From: an uncultured delta proteobacterium
GTDB lineage: Bacteria; Desulfobacterota; Binatia; DP-6
Direction of reading: 5' to 3'
DNA length: 64,000 nt
Assembly (NCBI GenBank): GCA_963815115.1
Contig: CAWFFN010000009.1
Coordinates: 1,344,001 to 1,408,000, forward strand
In this document: positions 60,856-64,000 of the stretch, in pieces
How positions within the stretch are numbered: position 1 is the first letter of the stretch
How the letters are laid out: each line of letters opens with the position of its first letter
Made by a program: the position numbers and the translations under genes
Notes under the pieces: model-generated
What the model was told of the DNA's origin: nothing
The model's input: the letters and a program-made list of their open reading frames with translations, nothing else
Databases searched by the model: none

Positions 60856-61716
60856 TCACGGCTGCTCGCGCCCCAGGCGGCGATAGATCGCGAGATGGCG
60901 GATGGCCTCGTGGCGGCGTCCGGCGCGCTCGTAGAGCAGGCTCAGGTTCCAGTGCGCGTCGGCCAACGTCTCGTCCGCCTGCACCGCGGCTTCGTAGCAC
61001 GGCAGTGCCTCGCCGGCACGCTCCGCGTCCTCGAGCACGACGCCCAGGTCGTACCAGGCGAGCGCGCAGTGGGGTTCGTGCCGCAGGGCCTCGCGGAAGT
61101 GGGACTCGGCTCCGATCAGGTTGCCCGCGCCGTGCAGCAGCCGCCCGAGGTTGATGCGGGCGACCACGTGGGCGGGATCGAGGTCGAGCGCGTGATGGTA
61201 GGCCGCGCGTGCCTCCAGCGGCGAGGCGTCCTCGATGTCCATGGCGAGGTCGCACCACTGCTCCGCGCTGAGGTTCGGCAGCTCGGCTGCACGTGCCGGC
61301 TCGCGCAGCTGGGCGAGCCGGCCCGCCGGTGGCTCGAGGCGGTCGGCGTCGAAGTTGAAGAGGAACTGGCCCGACTCGGGACTCCAGCGTCGCGTCCCGT
61401 CGCACGCGACGACCCGGTCGCCGTCCCGGAAGACGCTGAGGCGGGTGAGCGGACGATCGCCGAGCTGGCGGCGCAACGAGCGCAGGGCGCGGCCGATGCG
61501 ACCCAGCGGCACGTGCTGGTCGAGCAGCGCGCGTGTCGTGCGCAGGAGCACCAGGTCGAGGAAGTCGAAGCAGAGTCGCCCGCGGCGATCCCGCTCGGGT
61601 GCGACCAGCCCCGCCCGTACACACTGCCGCAGGCGGCCGGGGGGCAGACCAACGATGCGCGCGGCCTGCGCGGTGTCGAAGCGTGCCTGCGCTGCCGCCC
61701 GTCCCCGCCCCGCCAC
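60856..61716 (-). CDS. MerR-like HTH + TPR protein
   Basis: FDTAQAARIVGL...GLVAPER...FDFLDLVLLR HTH; SGQFLFNF; four TPRs (ARINLG, AWYDLG, AHWNLS). Confidence 0.85.
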   Translation of the reverse strand: MAGRGRAAAQARFDTAQAARIVGLPPGRLRQCVRAGLVAPERDRRGRLCFDFLDLVLLRTTRALLDQHVPLGRIGRALRSLRRQLGDRPLTRLSVFRDGDRVVACDGTRRWSPESGQFLFNFDADRLEPPAGRLAQLREPARAAELPNLSAEQWCDLAMDIEDASPLEARAAYHHALDLDPAHVVARINLGRLLHGAGNLIGAESHFREALRHEPHCALAWYDLGVVLEDAERAGEALPCYEAAVQADETLADAHWNLSLLYERAGRRHEAIRHLAIYRRLGREQP

Positions 61717-61717
61717 G

Positions 61718-62593
61718 CTACTTCTTCTTGCCGCCCGACCGCGCCGCCCTGGGCGCCTCCTCGCCGGCCGCCCGCCGCCGTCCCTCGACCGCCTGCACCG
61801 GCCGCGGCGTGGAACGACCGCCCTCGCGGCTCAAGCTCTGCTTCAGCGCCTCCATCAGATCGATGACCTTGGCCTGCGCGGGCTGGACCGCCGGCACCGC
61901 CACCTCCTCGCCGGCGACCTTCCTGTCGACCGCCTCCTGCAGGCGCTCGCGCCAGTGGTCGTGATACTGCTGCGGCGCGAACCCGTCGGCGGCGAGCTGC
62001 TCGATCAGCTTGCGAGCGAGGTTGGTCTCCGCCGGCTTCACCGTCGCCTTCGGCCCGCGCTCGATCTCGTCGAAGGCGCGCACCTCGTCGGCGTAGTAGA
62101 GCGTGTGCAGCGCGAGGCCCTCGTCGAAGGGTCGGATCAGGACCAGGCGCTCCTTCCCCCGCGAGACGTGCTGCGCCAGCGCCACCATGCCGGTGTCGCG
62201 CATGGCCTCGGCGAGCAGCTGGTACGCCTTGTCGCCGGCCTTGTCCGGCCCGAGGTAGTGCGTGTCCTGGAAGTAGACGGGATCGACGCCGGCCAGCGGT
62301 ACGAACTCCTGGATGTCGATCGCCTGGCTCGCCGCCGCCTCCAGCGCTTTCAGCTCTTCGTCCGTGAAGAGCACGAACTGGTCCTTCGCCACCTCGCGGC
62401 CCTTCACCAGTTCGCTGCGCTCGACGACGCGTTCGCAGCGCGGGCACCAGGTCTGCTGCTTGATGCGAGACTTGCATACCCCGTGAATGAGGTTGAACGA
62501 CGGTTGCTCGGAATGGGTGGCGACGTAGAGACGTACGGGAATGGACACCAGCCCGAAGCTCACCGTCGCCGACCCGATCGCGCGTGCTGGCAT
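61718..62593 (-). CDS. ku: Prokaryotic Ku (NHEJ DNA end-binding protein)
   Basis: SFGLVSIPVRLY, IDIQEFV, YL.P, LYYADEVR, VIDLMEALKQSL, basic tail; HxxC/CxxC ribbon. Confidence 0.95.
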   Translation of the reverse strand: MPARAIGSATVSFGLVSIPVRLYVATHSEQPSFNLIHGVCKSRIKQQTWCPRCERVVERSELVKGREVAKDQFVLFTDEELKALEAAASQAIDIQEFVPLAGVDPVYFQDTHYLGPDKAGDKAYQLLAEAMRDTGMVALAQHVSRGKERLVLIRPFDEGLALHTLYYADEVRAFDEIERGPKATVKPAETNLARKLIEQLAADGFAPQQYHDHWRERLQEAVDRKVAGEEVAVPAVQPAQAKVIDLMEALKQSLSREGGRSTPRPVQAVEGRRRAAGEEAPRAARSGGKKK

Positions 62594-62626
62594 GGCAGCC
62601 AGGAAAAGCCCAGCAGGCTGGGGTTG

Positions 62627-62887
62627 TCAAACCTCGATCGTGATGCGCCAGCACGGTGCCTCGACGGCGACCGCGGAGACGTGATGCCCCACGGCCTCGG
62701 CCGCACGCGGGATGTCGCGCGCGGCCTGCGCGTCGTCGACCAGCAGCTCGAGCTCCTCGCCGCGGGGCAGGGTCTCCAGCACGACGCGTGCTTTCGCCCA
62801 CGAGAGCGGGCAGCGGACGCCGCGCAGATCGAGCGTTCGTCGTGTGGGCCGGGGGTCGTCAGCGCCGCGTGGGCCATGCGCCGCCAT
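62627..62887 (-). CDS. TusA/SirA-family sulfur carrier
   Basis: LDLRGVRCPLSW, GEELELLVDD, DIPR. Confidence 0.82.
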   Translation of the reverse strand: MAAHGPRGADDPRPTRRTLDLRGVRCPLSWAKARVVLETLPRGEELELLVDDAQAARDIPRAAEAVGHHVSAVAVEAPCWRITIEV

Positions 62888-62968
62888 GACGGTCCAACTA
62901 CTCCCCGCGTGGGACGAGGACAATGGTCGCGCCGCTGGACCGGCCGCGACGGTCCTCTCCCGGACGGG

Positions 62969-63625
62969 ATGAAGCCGCGCGAGCCGAGCACGGCAATGCC
63001 GGTCCTGCTCGCCGGACTCTTCCTCCTGGCCGCAGCCTGCAGCGGACCTTCTCCCCGGCCGTCGTCCCCGGATCTCGTGAACCTGGCGGCGGTCGACCCC
63101 ACCATCCAGCTCGATCTGCGCTACGCCACGACCGACAACTTCACCGGCGTCGCTCTCTATCCGGTCGCGCGCTGCCTGCTCCGCCGCGATGCCGCCGACC
63201 GCCTCGCCCGCGTGCAGCGTCGCCTGCGCGCCGACGGATTCGGCCTCCTCGTCTGGGATTGCTACCGGCCCCTGTCGGTCCAGGAGCGCCTCTGGGCGCT
63301 GGTGCCCGACGAGCGCTACGTCGCGCGGCCGGAGCGTCGCGACGGCCGGCCCCTCGCCGGATCGAAGCACAACCGGGGCGCGGCCGTGGATGTGACGCTG
63401 GTGGACGCGACGGGCAAGAAGCTCGAGATGCCCACCGGCTTCGACGACTTCGGCGAGCGCGCCCACCGCGGAGCGTCCGCGGTGCCGGCGGTCGCGCGCG
63501 CGAACGCCGCACGGCTCGAGTCCGCCATGACGGCCGAGGGCTTCGAGCCGCTGGCCACCGAGTGGTGGCACTTCGACGCGCCGGGTTGGCAGGTCTACCA
63601 GCTCCTCGACGTGCCGCTGCAGTAG
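62969..63625 (+). CDS. ddpX: D-alanyl-D-alanine dipeptidase (M15D, VanX/DdpX-like), lipoprotein
   Basis: LAAAC lipobox, DLRYATTDNFTG, DCYRP, SKHNRGAAVDVTL, EWWHF. Confidence 0.9.
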   Translation: MKPREPSTAMPVLLAGLFLLAAACSGPSPRPSSPDLVNLAAVDPTIQLDLRYATTDNFTGVALYPVARCLLRRDAADRLARVQRRLRADGFGLLVWDCYRPLSVQERLWALVPDERYVARPERRDGRPLAGSKHNRGAAVDVTLVDATGKKLEMPTGFDDFGERAHRGASAVPAVARANAARLESAMTAEGFEPLATEWWHFDAPGWQVYQLLDVPLQ

Positions 63626-63695
63626 ACCGGCGCCCGCGCATTTCATTGCCTCGGCTCGCAGATCCAGTGCATGACACGGTGCGCAGGAGGTCGTC

Positions 63696-64000
63696 GTGTC
63701 GAAACCGCTCTCACCCGCAATGATCCTCGAACTCGCGCGCGCCTTCATGGGCTCGAAGGTGCTCCTCGTCGCCGCGAAGCTCCATCTCTTCGACGAGCTG
63801 CGCGACGGCCTGCTCACCGGGAGCCAGATCCGCGAGCGCCTCGAGCTCCATCCCCGCGCCATCCCCGACTTCCTCGACGCCCTGGTCGCGCTCGGCATGC
63901 TCGCTCGGGAGGGCGACGGTGCCGCAGCGCGCTACGCGAACACGCCCGAGGCGGCGCGCTTCCTCGTCCGGACGAGCGAGGACTACATGGGCGGGGCGCT
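63696..64000 (+). CDS. O-methyltransferase N-terminal dimerisation domain (partial)
   Basis: Manual translation MSKPLSPAMILELARAFMGSKVLLVAAKLHLFDEL...DFLDALVALGML...YANT. Confidence 0.8.
   Translation, partial: MSKPLSPAMILELARAFMGSKVLLVAAKLHLFDELRDGLLTGSQIRERLELHPRAIPDFLDALVALGMLAREGDGAAARYANTPEAARFLVRTSEDYMGGA

Noticed and set aside
62969-63625. vanX-type glycopeptide resistance
   Set aside because: No vanH/vanA/vanRS nearby and the protein is a lipoprotein, consistent with a housekeeping D,D-dipeptidase

Overview
GC-rich (about 70% by eye) bacterial chromosomal window. Gene content and secreted-protein style suggest Candidatus Binatia / Deltaproteobacteria-like, which is an inference. It holds housekeeping blocks (queE end, glpD, nth, thrB-metF-folE, an mlaEFD/pqiC-type MCE transporter, adk, and a ZTP-riboswitch-led aminotransferase-serA-purA operon). 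Accessory content: a 1397-aa double-Cache polytopic membrane protein; a divergent HTH-citrate synthase / CBS-citrate synthase pair with an operator-like spacer; modular secreted proteins with Thr-rich linkers; a TetR-controlled VOC/flavin monooxygenase/SDR operon; and a decayed zone (IS21 istB, metallo-beta-lactamase, acyl-CoA dehydrogenase and serine hydrolase remnants, plus an amber-interrupted glycoside hydrolase). The two best candidates for undescribed systems are a six-gene NarI-like/Nas-like molybdoenzyme/4Fe-4S/Tat-Rieske/small TM/HPP redox module and a tusA-ku-HTH/TPR-DUF72 operon with no ligD in the window. About nine single-base +1 insertions break genes (31.6 kb and 41.8-46.5 kb) and are most likely long-read errors. 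No tRNA, rRNA or CRISPR array was seen.
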